From Zygnema circumcarinatum SAG 698-1b (Eukaryota; Plantae; Zygnematophyceae): 64,000 nucleotides of DNA. Made by a program: the position numbers and the translations under genes. A model generated the notes under the pieces. That model was not told where the DNA came from, searched no databases, and saw nothing but the letters and a program-made list of their open reading frames with translations. Positions 12,963-27,100 of the stretch are shown piece after piece (within the stretch, counting starts at the first letter, position 1; the number at the start of each line of letters is the position of its first letter). The DNA is taken from contig CM074811.1 in the NCBI GenBank assembly GCA_037447605.1, positions 930,001 to 994,000 of the forward strand, given 5' to 3'.

Positions 12963-15900
12963 ATGTCGGAAGTGTATGGCGGCGTGCCATCGTCGGAGGT
13001 AGCGCCTGAAGAAAGTGGTCCTCCAGGAGGCTACCTTGGACAATCAGTCATACCGCTGGTCAACAAGCTTCAAGACATTTTTGCTCAGCTCGGAACCACT
13101 TCCACCATTGACCTTCCGCAGGTCGCTGTTGTTGGAAGCCAAAGCAGCGGCAAGTCTAGTGTCTTGGAAGCGCTTGTCGGGCGGGACTTTCTTCCAAGAG
13201 GTTCTGATATTGTCACTCGGCGGCCATTAGTTCTTCAGCTGCTGCAGACTGCCAAGAAGGGAGATGCAGGGAAGGGGGAAATGGAGTGGGGAGAGTTTCT
13301 CCATCTTCCGGGGAAGCGCTTCCCAGACTTTGCTGCCATTCGTGAAGAGATTCAGGTGCGTTCGGGATTTCAAGCCTTTTTTTTTTTTTGCCCCTGGACA
13401 CCCGCGAGGAAGGGCAGTCGTTGCTTCTTCTCTGCAGCATCCTGCGCGAACGTATTTATGCAGCTTATTTGTCAGGCACATCTAAGTAGACTTTTCGCTT
13501 GTTGGCTTTGCTATAGTTGTGCGTGACATATTCTGTACAACTCTCTGACTGATCTCAATCATGGCCTCTCCAGGCAGAGACGGACCGCGAGACAGGACAT
13601 AACAAAGGCATTTCTGAGAAACAAATTCGGCTCAAAATATATTCACCTTATGTGCTCAATATTACGTTGGTGGATCTTCCTGGCATTACTAAAGTACCTG
13701 TAGGAGACCAGCCTAGTGACATTGAAGCTCGTGTGAGGACTATGATTTTGTCCTACATTAAGCACGAGACATGCATAATTCTAGCGGTTTCTCCAGCAAA
13801 CGCGGACTTGGCGAATTCAGATGCCCTCCAAATGGCAAGAATGGCCGATCCGGATGGTTAGTGCCATTGAATCACCGAATATTTGGATGTGCTGCTTGTT
13901 TTTTTTTCTTTTTGAAAAATCCTTAAAGCCTTTAAGTATTTACTTTTCTGCAAGGAGTTGGAGCTTTGTAAGTCCTCAACGATCAAAAGGCAGCTGTGAC
14001 TAACTGTCCGAAACGCTTTTCTGTACAGGTTCACGCACTATTGGCGTCATTACAAAGGTATGTAGAAGTGCACCTGGAAAACATTAACTGAGACAATTTG
14101 TTCATGGTTTCTCTTTACTTGCCGCAGGTTGTGCTCAGGCGGAAAGTGAAGAATCCGTTCGTCACAGAAGTTTCGCTGTTAAAATAGATTGAATTGGGAG
14201 CGTTTTTTACTGAATCTCATTGTTGTTTCACCTAATTGACACTTTTGTGTGCTGCGACTGCAGTTGGACATTATGGACAGGGGAACTGATGCCCGCAACT
14301 TCCTCCTTGGGAATGTGATTCCTTTGCGTCTTGGATATGTTGGAGTCATCAATCGCAGTCAAGAAGTATGCTTTATCCCATCTCCAAGCCATGTTGTATT
14401 AAATGAGCTAGAGAGTAGTAGTTCCCTTGACATTTTTGAAATGGATGTTGAGAGGATCGTTCAGTCGGATTAACTACTTTGGATGGCATGAATGCCTCTC
14501 CATCAATTGCGGAGGGAGCAATGCGGCCCCTAAAGCTCAAGCACTCAATTTTAGCATACTTAAACCAGAATCAGGTCGTTGACTCTGTGAGTATGAGATG
14601 GTGGAAGTCCAGTCCTTAATTTTTTCTCTAACATCTCGTATTCTGGTTGAGTCCTTTCCATGGGCTTCATACTCCCACATAACTCATGAAAGAGTAGGTA
14701 TTTAATTGAGTAACTTTTCGTTTTTCTCCTCAGGGGTACTTTGCTGACATCAATGATGGATACCATCATCTTTACCGCAATTCTTTCTCCCCTCTCTCAG
14801 GGACATCTTTCTCTACTTTTTAGTGCTTTTTTTAGCAGTTTTATGTCGACAGTTGTCAGGACTAAGACTGAGTTCTGTAATTGGATTTGAGGGGCTGTAG
14901 GATATCAATGCAGGAAAAAGTGTGAAGGATGCCATGGCTTATGAAGAAGCCTTCTATCGGGCTCGACCTGTGAGTCCATGGCCCCAGAGCTATACTTCGT
15001 TTTTGTTTTTCCGGATTGTGATTTTTTTCATTTTTGTTTGATTTGAAATGAAAATGTCATCGCCTGAAGCCTTATGATTATCGCCTTTCTGCTGCGTAGG
15101 TGTACCACAGCCTTTCAGACAAATGCGGTGTTCCACAATTGGCGAAGAAGCTTAACTCTGTGAGCACTCGTGCTATCCTTCATTTATTTTTTGTTAAAGA
15201 ACTCAGAGTTTTAGAAAAGTCGCCAGTTTGTTAATGTAATGTTCCCGTGACGTAGGAACCTGGCGGAAGAAGCTGTGGCGCCGTTGCCGTTTTTTCTTCT
15301 TATTGGGAATATGAATAGAATTGTTATCATCCTATTAAATTGAGACTGTAATTCCTCTGTATGCTCCTGCGGAGGTATGCATTGTACTGTTGGTAGACCT
15401 GTTGACACCAAAAATGCAGTTTTCTCATTCTTGATGAGTATGTTTCACCTTTTTCCTTGTCGTCTGCAGATTCTTGTGCAACACATTCGAGTGCTCCTTC
15501 CAGAGCTGAAGGCGAGGATCAATACTCAAATTGTTACCCTGCAAAAGGAATTGGCAGGCTATGGCGAAATGACAGAGAAAGTAAGACTCGTAAAACAGGC
15601 TTCTGTCGTTGCCAAGTTAGGAACGCTGGGTTAATTGCAGGGACTTCAAAGTGTGCCTCTACCATAGCCCCTTTTTCTTCTAGGCAGAAATGTATCTTTG
15701 CGAATAAAAGCAGATTTCACTGTTACTAGTGATTTTCATCTCTGATTTTGATCTTTTTTCTTTGTTTGATGTTTGCTGCTCTAGTCTGGAATGGGAGTTC
15801 TTCTGCTCAACGTCCTTACAAAGTATTCTTCAGGTGAGCAGGATGGCTTGCACAGGAAACTTTTAAGAATGCAAGATTGGATTGATTCTTAGTATACGCT

Positions 15901-18900
15901 CGGACTTCCATCACTGACCAGATTTGGTGATGTTTGGGATATACTAGTAAACCAAACACAAAACAGAAACTATGTTCAGTAATTGTAAAAGCAATGAGCT
16001 ACTTTTAGTAACCATCATCAGCTATGTTGAACTGTCGGAGCATTCTGTCGCAACAAACATACCCCATGTTCGAGGCTCTTTTTTTGCAGCTTTTGCTACA
16101 ATCGTAGACGGAAAGAACGAAGAGATGTCAACATCAGAGCTTTCTGGGGGAGCACGTATTCATTACATTTTTCAAAACATTTTTGTGAAGAGGCTAGAGG
16201 TGAGTACAGGAGTTTGAGCTTTGGGGAGTGGCTGAAAGTGCTTGCTGCTTTCGACTGCCTTGCATGTTGAATTTTTTTCATAAATCACATGAAGGTTTAC
16301 CTTCATGCCGTCACCCCACGTGAACCTATGCCATTTGTACAAGAGAAATCTGGAGAGGCAAAGAGAGAGCGAGAGTTAGAAGTGCGATTGTATAAACCAT
16401 CAAGAAGCGAAGGCTGGCTATGTTTGTCTCTGTTTGTGTGTCCAGTGTGAGACATATAATATCCATTCCTGGTAACAGTTTACGTCTGCATAATTCTGAT
16501 ACCTCACTTGTGCAGTTTAATGTGATGAACTTGCCTATGGTATTCATCCACATGTTGTAATATCATCACCTTACTCTAGTAAAGGAAGGATGGCAACTTT
16601 TGGACTGCAGGAAGTGGATCCCTGTGATGACCTCTCAGATGATGACATACGAACGGCCATTCAGAATGCCACTGGCCCAAAGAACGTCCTTTTCGTTCCA
16701 GAGGTATGTTGCATTATTGGGAAAGTTATGAATTACTTAGTTACTTGAGTTACATCCTTCATAGGAATGTACGTAAGTGCGCTGTCTGATGGATGACAGC
16801 TGTGTCTCTCGTACCGATCAGCCTGCGCTTTGTCAAATATCTGCTGGTTTAATGCAGTTTGTGTATTGCCTATTTTACCTATATCCAGCGTATGTTCGGT
16901 TGTATTGAATCCTTGAATTGTCTGTTTTGGCTTCTTTTCATTTTCCTTTTTCATGTCATGCCTTTCAGGTGCCCTTTGAAGTACTCATCCGTCGACAAAT
17001 TGCTAGACTTCTGGACCCGTCATTGCAGTGTGCACGATTTGTTTACGATGAGCTCGTTAAGGTACAAGAGTGGAAGCATCTCTTTGTTACTATATGCCTA
17101 CTTTCTAAGCATGTTGTTGCTAGTTGCCAAAGACTAACAGTTTGAAAGGTCTTGTACAGGGCTGTACGTCAGTATACATAGTCATCCGTTACCCATAAAG
17201 TGTCCTACGTTGCCCTTAGCCTTGGCCTAAACTTTGAGCATACGGTTTTCTAACTCGTTAGCTTTCCTCCGAATCTATCGAATCTATCCAGCGACGATTT
17301 CCTACTAAAGGAGTTTTACAGATGTTTGTTAGCAACTTTGGCTTTTGACTTTGATAAGGATCATCACTCTGCAGATTTCCCATTGCTGTGAATCATATGA
17401 TCTACAGCGCTTCCCGCTGTTGCGGAAGCGGATTGAGGAGACAGTGGCGATCTTTTTGAGAGATGGGCTGACACCTGCAGAGACTATGATAGGGCATCTA
17501 ATCAACATGGAGGTAAGTTTGTGGCCAACAAACCCATGTTATAGACTCAATATGTCATTCTTCAACTGAACTCCTTCGCTACCACGCCAGCAATTGAAGA
17601 TAATGTATGTGCCATCAGCAAGTTCATCCAATGTCACATTGTTCCCGTGCAAAATGTAATGACCAAGGTATTGGCTGCTGCTAAACGTTGCAGATGGATT
17701 ACATTAATACGTCACATCCAAGTTTCATTGGCGGTAGCAAAGCGGTGGAAGTGGCTCTTAATCACAGCAGGGCTGCCAAGGTGAGCTTTACTTCATTTGC
17801 ACCTTCCAAGCTGCACAGTGCCTTGAACATTACTATAGACTTATGAGTGTCTGTAGTCAACTGTCAAAGTTAGCTGAATGACTATACTAGTTTAGTAATC
17901 TACGCACAACCTAGCTGCTCATTATCGCAGCAATGCTTCCGGTGCACAGCATTCCTATCAATGCGAGGAGCAAATTATCTTCAAGGACGTCCGTGATGAG
18001 CTAGAAGTGCCTCTGGTTTCTCCAACAGAGGCACCTGGAAAAAAGCGGATCAATCCCGAAGTTGCCGACCGTTTCCCTTTAATCCAATCCAAACAACGGA
18101 AGTTTAGGAACTATGGGCCGCGGGCCTTGCGGCTGTTGTTCTCCAGTGTGGGTCCCAGAAAACCACAGAGTTAGTTTCTAGTTACCTCCGGTGGTAACCT
18201 CTGAAGATAAATAGAGCATTATTCAGATGATTTTCCAACATCTTGTTGGGTTGCTTGCCACGGTATGTGTGTATGCTTTCCAGAATCGATTGGTGTTGTT
18301 GGCTGGAGGTGCGTATGTTAATGGTGGTTAAGGTGAGCCCTTTAATCTTCGGTAAACTCCGTGAACCTGACATGCGTAAGGCTTGTGCTTGTGCTTGTGA
18401 TATTCTTGCAGCAAGAGACAAATGAGTGGAAGGATCCGGCTGTGGAGAGGGCACCTTTGGAGAAGACACAGCAAAAGCCGCGGGCAATTTTAGCAAGAAA
18501 TAACCCACCATCCCAAGCAACGGAAACGGTATTGCAGTTTCTTTATGCATTTAGGAAAAGGTTGCTTCTGATGTATTTTTGTCTCATTACTGTAGGTTTG
18601 TATCAATGCCTTTATGCTGCATCTAATGCCGCACTTCCTTCGTTCCTTTGCGTCATTTCTCCCTTCGCTGCAAGATCCTTAAATGATTTTGCCCAACAAA
18701 TGGGCTATTTGCCTGATACCTTCATCCTTGACGTTTGGTTAGAGACTGGACTGCTGTTTCTGATTTTTCTCCAGGCAACAGCACGACCGGTGACTCATAA
18801 TGGACTGCACAGTGAGAAGTCTGGAGTTGCAGGTATGCTCTGTGACATCCACAATTGTGTTGTTTGTTAAAGTTTATATTAGTACAATATATGGATAGCT

Positions 18901-20961
18901 TGCTTGTCTTCTCTGTGTGATATGCTCAAGCGGCCTCTTTGTTTATTTATTTACTTTTTCCCTCCCTTCCTCTCTATTATTTTCTCTCGATGGCTGTAGG
19001 AACGACGACAAGTTGGGGGATTTCTTCCATATTCAGCGGAACAGAACGCAATGGAACTGGAAGAAATCCAAATTCAACTCAAATGTATTCTGAGTCATTG
19101 CCTGAACCACCTACTAGCATCCATCTGAAGGAGGTCAGTTCGATCACATTTTGTTAACCTCTGAATGAAATAATCTGGTGACCTTCCTTCACGGGTTTTT
19201 TCTGGAGTTCATGGAAATACTTAAGGCCAATTAATTTATCAACATTGAGCATTTTCATTTTCACGAACTCCTTTTGTTGAACAGGGGAGGCAAGAGGCTA
19301 TCGTATATCATGGTAAACGAGTATTTGAAGAATAATGTTCAATGTCTGCTTCCATTCTCATATCGTCGATTCGATTTTTGTTATGTTGAATGTACAGCCC
19401 CCTGCAGTTCTGAGGGCCAGCGATGAGAAGTCTCAAGAAGAGTCGACAGAGATTTCAGTCACTCGGATTCTTTTGAAGTCATATTATGACATTGTGCGCA
19501 AAAATATTCAAGACGCCGTGCCTAAAGCCATTATGCATTTTTTGGTAAGCATATTTTTCCTATCTGTTGTCGATGTCACTCTTCTCATGGCATGGCGGAA
19601 ACGAAATGGAGTCTAAGTACGACAGGAAGTTGGCTTCCCTGTCTGCAAGAAAGGAAACAGTTCTGAGTGATTCAGCTTATGTTGTGCACTGTGCTTCTGT
19701 TATGCCTTATAATGGTCAATTTTCTACAAATAGTGGTACTGTGACAATGGAAACACCATTTGAGTTTCATGATCTAAATCTAGATTAATGTCGTATGGGT
19801 GCAGGTGAATCAAGTGAAAAGGGAACTACATAGCATCTTTATTCGGGAGCTTTATAAGTGAGTCTTGATTCAGAATATAGATCATAACTTTAACTTCTTT
19901 GCAGGTTCGAGGCTCAGAAACGGAAACTTTAATGAAATTAGCAGTGTCAAATACATTCGCGTAGCTGCTGCAAGCACGATTGTCTTTATAAAATCTTCAC
20001 TCACAGGTTCCTTCCCTTGTATCTCTTCTGTGCTCTGAAACTTTCACCATAGTGTCAGATGTCCATTCCTATACATATTTCTTCCGTGCAATTGTATGTG
20101 CTTTTGAGCATGATGAAGGAGCTGATGCTGTTGTGGCTGTGGCTTTGGGTTGGGAGAATCAGAGAGTCGTTGTTTGAAGAAATGCTCCAGGAGAAGGAGG
20201 AAGTGGCGATGAAACGGAAACGGTGCAAGGAAATCCTCCGTGTTCTGCAACAGGCCGCATGGGTAACTCCACTTCCATCTCATCCGAAGTGACGCAGATG
20301 TTGTGGTTCTGCCCCCTCCTTCCCCTTCCTCTCCTCCTCCCTTCCCCCTCCCTCTCTCCTACTCCTCCCCTCCAACCAGTCCCTTCACCATAATGCCTTC
20401 AGCACTACAAGTGGTGCCAACATCCTTATAGTTGAAGCCCTTGTAACCAACTGCATCAGATAAGCCACAGTGCGCTTTTTCCTCAGTTTTCACCAGCCAA
20501 TACCCTTCACATATCATCTATCCGAGCAGTCTGACCTGCTTACTTCCTTTCTGCCTTCCTCATCCGTCTCAAGCAGGGATCCCGTTCCTGCATACCTTAA
20601 CCTAATTAAACGATTTATTTTTTTCCCGACATTCACTCCCTTACACTGGACTTAAAAATTGCTGTATCATTTTTGTGACGTTTTGTAGACCTTGGAGGAG
20701 CTTCCCCTTGAACCGGACAGCCCTGTGAGAACTTATGCTGGAGGCCTTGATTCAACGGGTCTCCCTGCAGCGTCCTCCTTTAACTTAGTCGCGACTAAGA
20801 TGGCCGCTCACCATGGACAGGAGGGCATCCCCCCCAACCCCTACACCTCTCCCGCCTTCAATCAGTCCAGTCCCTCAGCGAGAACCTTTGGGCGGAGGTC
20901 AGGTATGGACGGAGGCCTGGGCTCTCTCTCAGGAGGCGTAATGATGGCTAATGGGAGGTGA
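12963..20961 (+). CDS. DRP3: Dynamin-related protein 3 (mitochondrial/peroxisomal fission GTPase), multi-exon
   Basis: [12 protein letters not shown]; G1 [12 protein letters not shown]; [20 protein letters not shown]; micro-exon [10 protein letters not shown]|[11 protein letters not shown]; [21 protein letters not shown]; [27 protein letters not shown]; [21 protein letters not shown]; last exon [12 protein letters not shown] ending at TGA 20961. Confidence 0.95.
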
Positions 20962-23706
20962 TAGAGGGAGAGAGTTGAGATAGGCGTAGTGGAGGGGGAA
21001 GAGTGACATAATGAGGAGAGGGAGGGCACGTAGAGAGGCTGAGGGTGTGAGAGGATGAGAATGTGATGTAGATGCCAAATTGTTTTGGCTGTACTACGAG
21101 TAATCGGCCAACTGTAAATGTCGAACGTTGCTTGTGTCCAGGAGTGAGAGAGACGGAGTAGGGGAACTGTGGGGGGGGAAGGAGGGGACTTGTGGCAAAA
21201 TTTGCCTAGAGAGAGATTGGGGTGGTGTAGACTAATCGCTTTAAGAAGCAATTGATCTTCATGGGGGGTGGCAAGTGGGGTCAGGGTGAGATGCCGGCCC
21301 GGGGCAATCCTCACCTGTGGTGGGTTTTGGGTTCAGTGGTGGACGATTTGTATTGGTGGCCTTAAAAAAAAATTCAGCCCCTCTAGGGCAATGCTTTCAG
21401 CACGATGTGAGGACGGTGAAAGTTGCACAACAGATGAATCTTGCTGCTGGTTCTTCTTCGTGCAATTGTGTACATGGAACTCTGCTGTCAATATAGCCTA
21501 TCGGACACAGAACGGTCCCCGGTCTGTTTCAGTTTTGAAGCTGTCTGCATAGTTTTAGGCTACAGCACGGTACCCCTTATATTGGCCTATGTTCGTTTGG
21601 CAATCGTATTTGCTACTCCATGAGAACAAATTGTACAAATCCTTTGACAATTTGTAATTTGAACAAGAAAAATGGTGGATGGGTCTGCATGCGGCGCTGT
21701 ACGGAAACGTCCGTACTATCCATCTGTACGACTCGATTATTCCCCTCCCTTCATTAGTCGATCCCAAAACTTTTCCCAAACCTCGCGACATCATTTCCCC
21801 AAAGTGGTAGGAGCACCACATAACTTGTGCCTGTTCAGCACAACAAAAAACTGTAAATGAGTAGATGCCTTGATGGGAGAGCACATGGGTTCATGGGACC
21901 ACTCCAGCAAAGGGATGGACGAAAGTCCGTAGAAGGGACTTTTAGAGTTTGACATTTCAGTATTCGAACGTTATAGGCAAAGCTGCTCTGCCAGAGATTG
22001 TGCTGGCTAATGTGCCCATAGAGCGGGAAAACAAGACCTTTTGTGAAGATTTTACTAAAAAAATTTCAATAGGATGTTTAAGAACATAGTTAAAATTGTA
22101 GAACAAGATATCCTTGAACGTGCACCTACGCAATGCCAAGCTCCTATAGTTGTACGTGTACTCGGATAGCATCTCCCCTGCGGATTCCAGCACAGCGGGG
22201 CTCTAGAGCAGGTCCGGACTCGCGCCGACACCCGCAGGGCGCCTTTTGGGGAAGGTTTGTCCCTCGGAGGCCTCCCAGTCGTCGATGTGAAGGAACATCG
22301 ACGGCTGGGAGCGGCCGACGACATCAGCCCATACCGAGCGGAGGGGGTCACAGAGCGAAGCATTCCTGAATACGTACTCGAGTACGCTAACGTGAACTTA
22401 CATTCTAAAATCGCGGTACGTATTCTATTTTATCTTTGGAAGTCGCCCAAAATGACGGTCCGAAATCAAAAGGATATAGAAACGGCACGTTTATTTTCCC
22501 TTTCGCTTGAGAAATCGCTACATTTTGATCTATTGGTGTACTCGTTCTATAATGGAAAGGCCAGGAGACGAAACGTTTTGCTTGGCCCGGCCCGAATCGC
22601 CGTACGGCAATGGAAAAGCGAGTCGGCGCGTTGCAGCGATTTGGCGCTTTCTGACCCTCGCTCTCTCCCACTCGCTCTCCCTCGCCCGCTCCCTCTCTCT
22701 CTCCCTCGCTATCTCCTCTCTCTCTCACTCCCTCGCTCTCTCCCTCTCTCCCCCTCTCTCTTACTCTCTCTTTCCCTCGCCCTCTCCCTCTCTCTCCCCC
22801 TCGCTCTCTCCCTCTCTCTCTCTCTCCCGCGCTCTCTCCCTCTGTCTCTCTCCCTCACTCTATCCGTCTCTCTCACTCCCTCGCCCACTCGCAGCTCTAC
22901 TTCCTAGAGGGGAAATTCAGGTGCGCCTCTATGTCAGGAAGGGGACAAATGGTGGGTGTCCTCGGCGGCGGCAGGACTCGAGGCAGAGAGCGACCTTCTA
23001 TGCCAACTATCTCGCTGCGCTGTGCCGTTTCCCGTTGCGCTGAGGTCAGTTTATATGTTGGAAATGTCAATGTCCTCCTTCCGCTGTCACAGTTCTGGTT
23101 CTGTACTCCTTCAGACTGATGTCAGCGATCTTGGTTCATTGCTTTGCGACTTGCGAGGTGGGGACTGGCGGAGAGGGGGCTGGAGAGATCTCAGCCGTTC
23201 TTCGCACGTGCGTTGAACGGTAACTGTAACTGCTGCTGCCCATGGAAACAAGGCCTCGAGTGGCCATGGACATAGAGACAGACAGAGACAGAGAGTAGTG
23301 CTGTGCATGCTTCATTCACATTCAATCGAAAGCACCGAAAACGACAAAAAATGACATTGTCCCATCCCGCCTCGTGGCGTTTTCATTTATTTTCTTTATT
23401 CCCAAAACAACGATGTTCAAAGATGGCCCTTGAAGGAGCCACACGCTTCCTACTGCCCTCATGCCCTAAGTCAGAGGGCGCGTGTTCTCTCAGAAGGTGT
23501 CAACAAATTTACACAGAACAAGCCTAAGACTTAAGCCACCACAAGATTAATCAAACCCAAAACCACCCAAAACCCTCAAATCAATGATCTACAAAAAGAG
23601 AGAGAAGAAAGAAAAGCGGGAGGGTCCCACATTATCAAAAACGAATGTACTGTATGAAGAAAGGACGACCGTACGACCCCAAAAGCCCCTTCTTGCAAAA
23701 CCACCT

Positions 23707-24012
23707 CTACGACTTGAGAATAATGATTGCTCCGTCCCCTCCCGTGGGGATCTTGGTGCGCTCCTTGATGGGGTGCTGCCGCGTTGACTTGACGAGATGG
23801 GGGCCATGGCCATCCTCCTCCTCCTCCTCGACATGGGGATGGGGATGGGTCCTTGCATGCGCATGCATGGCCTCATGATGCCTTTTGGCGCTGGACTCGA
23901 TGTGGCTGTTGATGGTTTGGAGGGCCTCTTGGAGGGAGCACCGACTGTCGATGTCTTGCCGCACACTCAAAAACGGATATACAATATGGGACCGAGGGGA
24001 CCCTGCATCATC

Positions 24013-24044
<32 letters not shown>

Positions 24045-24048
24045 TATC

Positions 24049-24137
<89 letters not shown>

Positions 24138-27100
24138 TATCATCATCATCATCATCACCCATACGCATCAGTTACATCACGATCGCATCCCATGACATCT
24201 TGTTGATACGCAGCCCACAGCTACATCCATGCTAACATACTACCAAAACAAGACAAGGGCAGTGAGGAAAAGCATTAAAAAAAGATGAGCTTTACTTGTG
24301 AGTGGACCGTCCTGCCGATCTTAAGCCGATAAAAGATAAGGGCAAAACACATGGCGCTAAAAAGCCTTTTGTTTTTTAGGTTGTAGTGAGTTGAAAGAGT
24401 ACCTTGTTTGGAGGGAGGAGTAATGGCGTTGAGCTCCTTTGGGCGCTTCCGAATAATGGGGGGAGTGGTAGGAGCAAGCGGGTTTCCTGATCAAACAAAG
24501 ATATAGAACTGCACTTTCGTGAGGTTATGAACTCAACAGATGTGAAAGCATCTCAATGCATCTTTATCTCACCTCTCTTTCTCTCTCTCATCCTACGCCT
24601 CTCCCCCCCTCCTCTCTCCTCCACCTCCCACCTTCCCAATCCGCCCCACGCCTTCACGCCCTCTTTTCCCCTCCCCCTCCCACTATCCCGCTTCCTATCC
24701 TTCACACTCCCACTCCCACTCCCCCTCCCAACCCACCCTCCCATTCCAGCACTCCTCCCTCCCTCCTCCCTCCTCCCTCCTCCCTCCTCCCTCCTCCCTC
24801 CTCCCTCCTCCCTCCTCCCTCCTCCCTCCTCCCTCCCCCTCCCCCCTGCCTCTTCCTCTCCTCTCCAGCTCCGTGCCCTTCCCTCTCCTGGTGAAGGCCC
24901 ATTTGGAATCAAACCTTCTCGGGCTCCTTTTGTCCTGCTACCCACCAACCCACTCCTGCCACGTGTCAGCGCATCAGCCAATAAAGTGTCATTTGTTTTC
25001 ATTCATTCCCTTCTAACCCCAATCATAAAACTGACCTTCCTTTTGGAGATCCGAGTGTCTGCCTTTTTGGCCGAGGGGCTCTGTTCGCTGCTACCGCCCT
25101 CTTTGTTCCTCGGGGAAGAGTTTCTGCACCAACGATGAGATGAGGGGGGGGAGGAGGGAGGGAGGGAGGACAAGGGAAGGAAGGGAGAGTGAGGTAGAGA
25201 AAGGAGGTGACGCAGAGTCAAGGGAAAAGAGGAGCAGACAGGAGTGAGGGGAATGGAAAGAGAGCGGGTGAGGGAAGAGAGGGGAGGAGATAGAAGAGAG
25301 AGCAGGAGACAAGAGGGAATGAGGAGGGGGAGGGGGAGAAGGGCGAGAGAGAGAGAGGGAGAGAGAGAGCGAGAGCAAGAGAGAGAGGGAGATTATATGA
25401 AGCATGCAGCCAGCTTTCAGCATTACGTTGACACGTGTCATCCGCAGAAACGCTCTACAGAACCAGGCTACGCAAAATGCAGACGAGTCTCGTTTGTCGT
25501 TTTGCCAGAAAACGCAAAAGTTGCAAAACGTCCTCAAGGGGCGAACCTTGAGAGCTTGGTTCGATCTCCATGAGCTGAATCTCAGTTCCGTTGCTGTTTT
25601 CCTGCGGAAGAAGCACATGGAAACAGTCAAAGGTGGAGGAAGACTCATGCTCTGTGAATTTGACTTCGTTTGACTTTGACTGAGTTTAACTTTGGGACCT
25701 ATTGTTCCTTCGCAGTACAATGTCGAATAGTCCAAAGATCCCTAACAAACGTTGTACGGAAAAAGACATCCGAGAAAATCAGAAAGCTAACCCAAAAAAA
25801 CTCAAATTTCCCAAACTATGTCTATTTATGTTGAACGTCTATTAAAAAAAGAAAAAAAGAAACAACAAAGTAAAAGACTAAAAAATGAAAAATAGAGACC
25901 TCAGCCCACAATCGTCTTTGACGTTTTGCTGGCGGGAGGATTCCCTGTGACCGGCGACGGTAAACTGAACTGGCTGCATAGAACGGAGGTAAGGAATGGA
26001 AAATTTTAGAGGCAGATCAGAACTCAAGCGCAGACAGAAAACAGATACAGGAATAGGAAAAAAAAAAAAAAATCAAAATTCACATATCTTGTGTCTTTGT
26101 TGCCTGCTCTGAAGCAAAGAAAGTTGTCCTTTTACCGTCAGGGTCTTCCAAAAAGTGGTCCTCCAATCCTTCCAAGGCTGCGTCCCACGACTCAACATTC
26201 GTCTCTGCCGAGGAAAATGTGAGAAAGAAAAAAAAGGAAATAGATTAGACATTATATAATGTTTTTTTTTAGTTTGGAAACCTGAATCATATATGCACCA
26301 ACCAAAAAAAAAAAAAAACATCCAAAAGTGATTTTCCTTCAGCCATTGGACAAGAGTCCCACACTGACAGAATTCGACCTCCCACATTCTGTGAATTAGT
26401 TTAAATTCACTGACATTTTGCTCAAATTCTCATAGAAACCCACATGGAGCCTGTTCTCAGTTCAAACTGAACGTGCACATAGATCGGCAGTTCAGTCCTA
26501 CCTGCCCCTCCCACAGGAACTCCATGTAAGCCTTCACATGGAACAACCTCCCTCAGTTTCGCCTCCCCAAGAGAAGCCTCCCATGGATCCGCCGTTTCTC
26601 CGCAGTCAAAAATTTCTGTTTGCCCAAGAACAGCCAAAAGATTTGATTTTTGACAGGGTCCATTATCGATCACCTTTCTCTTTCTCTCCATCTCTCTCTC
26701 CCACTCTCGCTCCCTCTCACCGTCTGATCCCAACCCCTCATCAGTCCCCCAGCCTTCTCTCCACCCCTCTCCCTCTCCTCCCTCTCTCTTTATTCCGTTT
26801 CATTCTCCTCCATCCTCTCCCTCCTTCCCACTCACTGCCGTTGTCGCCTATCCTTCTCCTCCCTCACTCAACTCTCTCCCTCTCCTCTCAAAATCCCGCC
26901 TCTCCAACCCCCCTCTATCTTCCTCCCTCGCCCTGCTCTCTCAACTGCCCCCCCTCACCCCCTCGCCTCTCCCCATTCCCTCCCTCTCTCTCTCTCCCCC
27001 TCCAAGCCTCCCTCCCTCCCCTCCTCTCCCCTCCATTCCCCCCTCCTTCCCTCCCTCAACTTTCGCTTCCTCCCACTCTCCCCCTGCCCACCGCAATTCT

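Noticed and set aside
23707-24235. Poly-D, poly-I, poly-S and poly-M ORFs as proteins
   Set aside because: They arise from the (ATC)n microsatellite. Only 23707-24002 is supported as coding.
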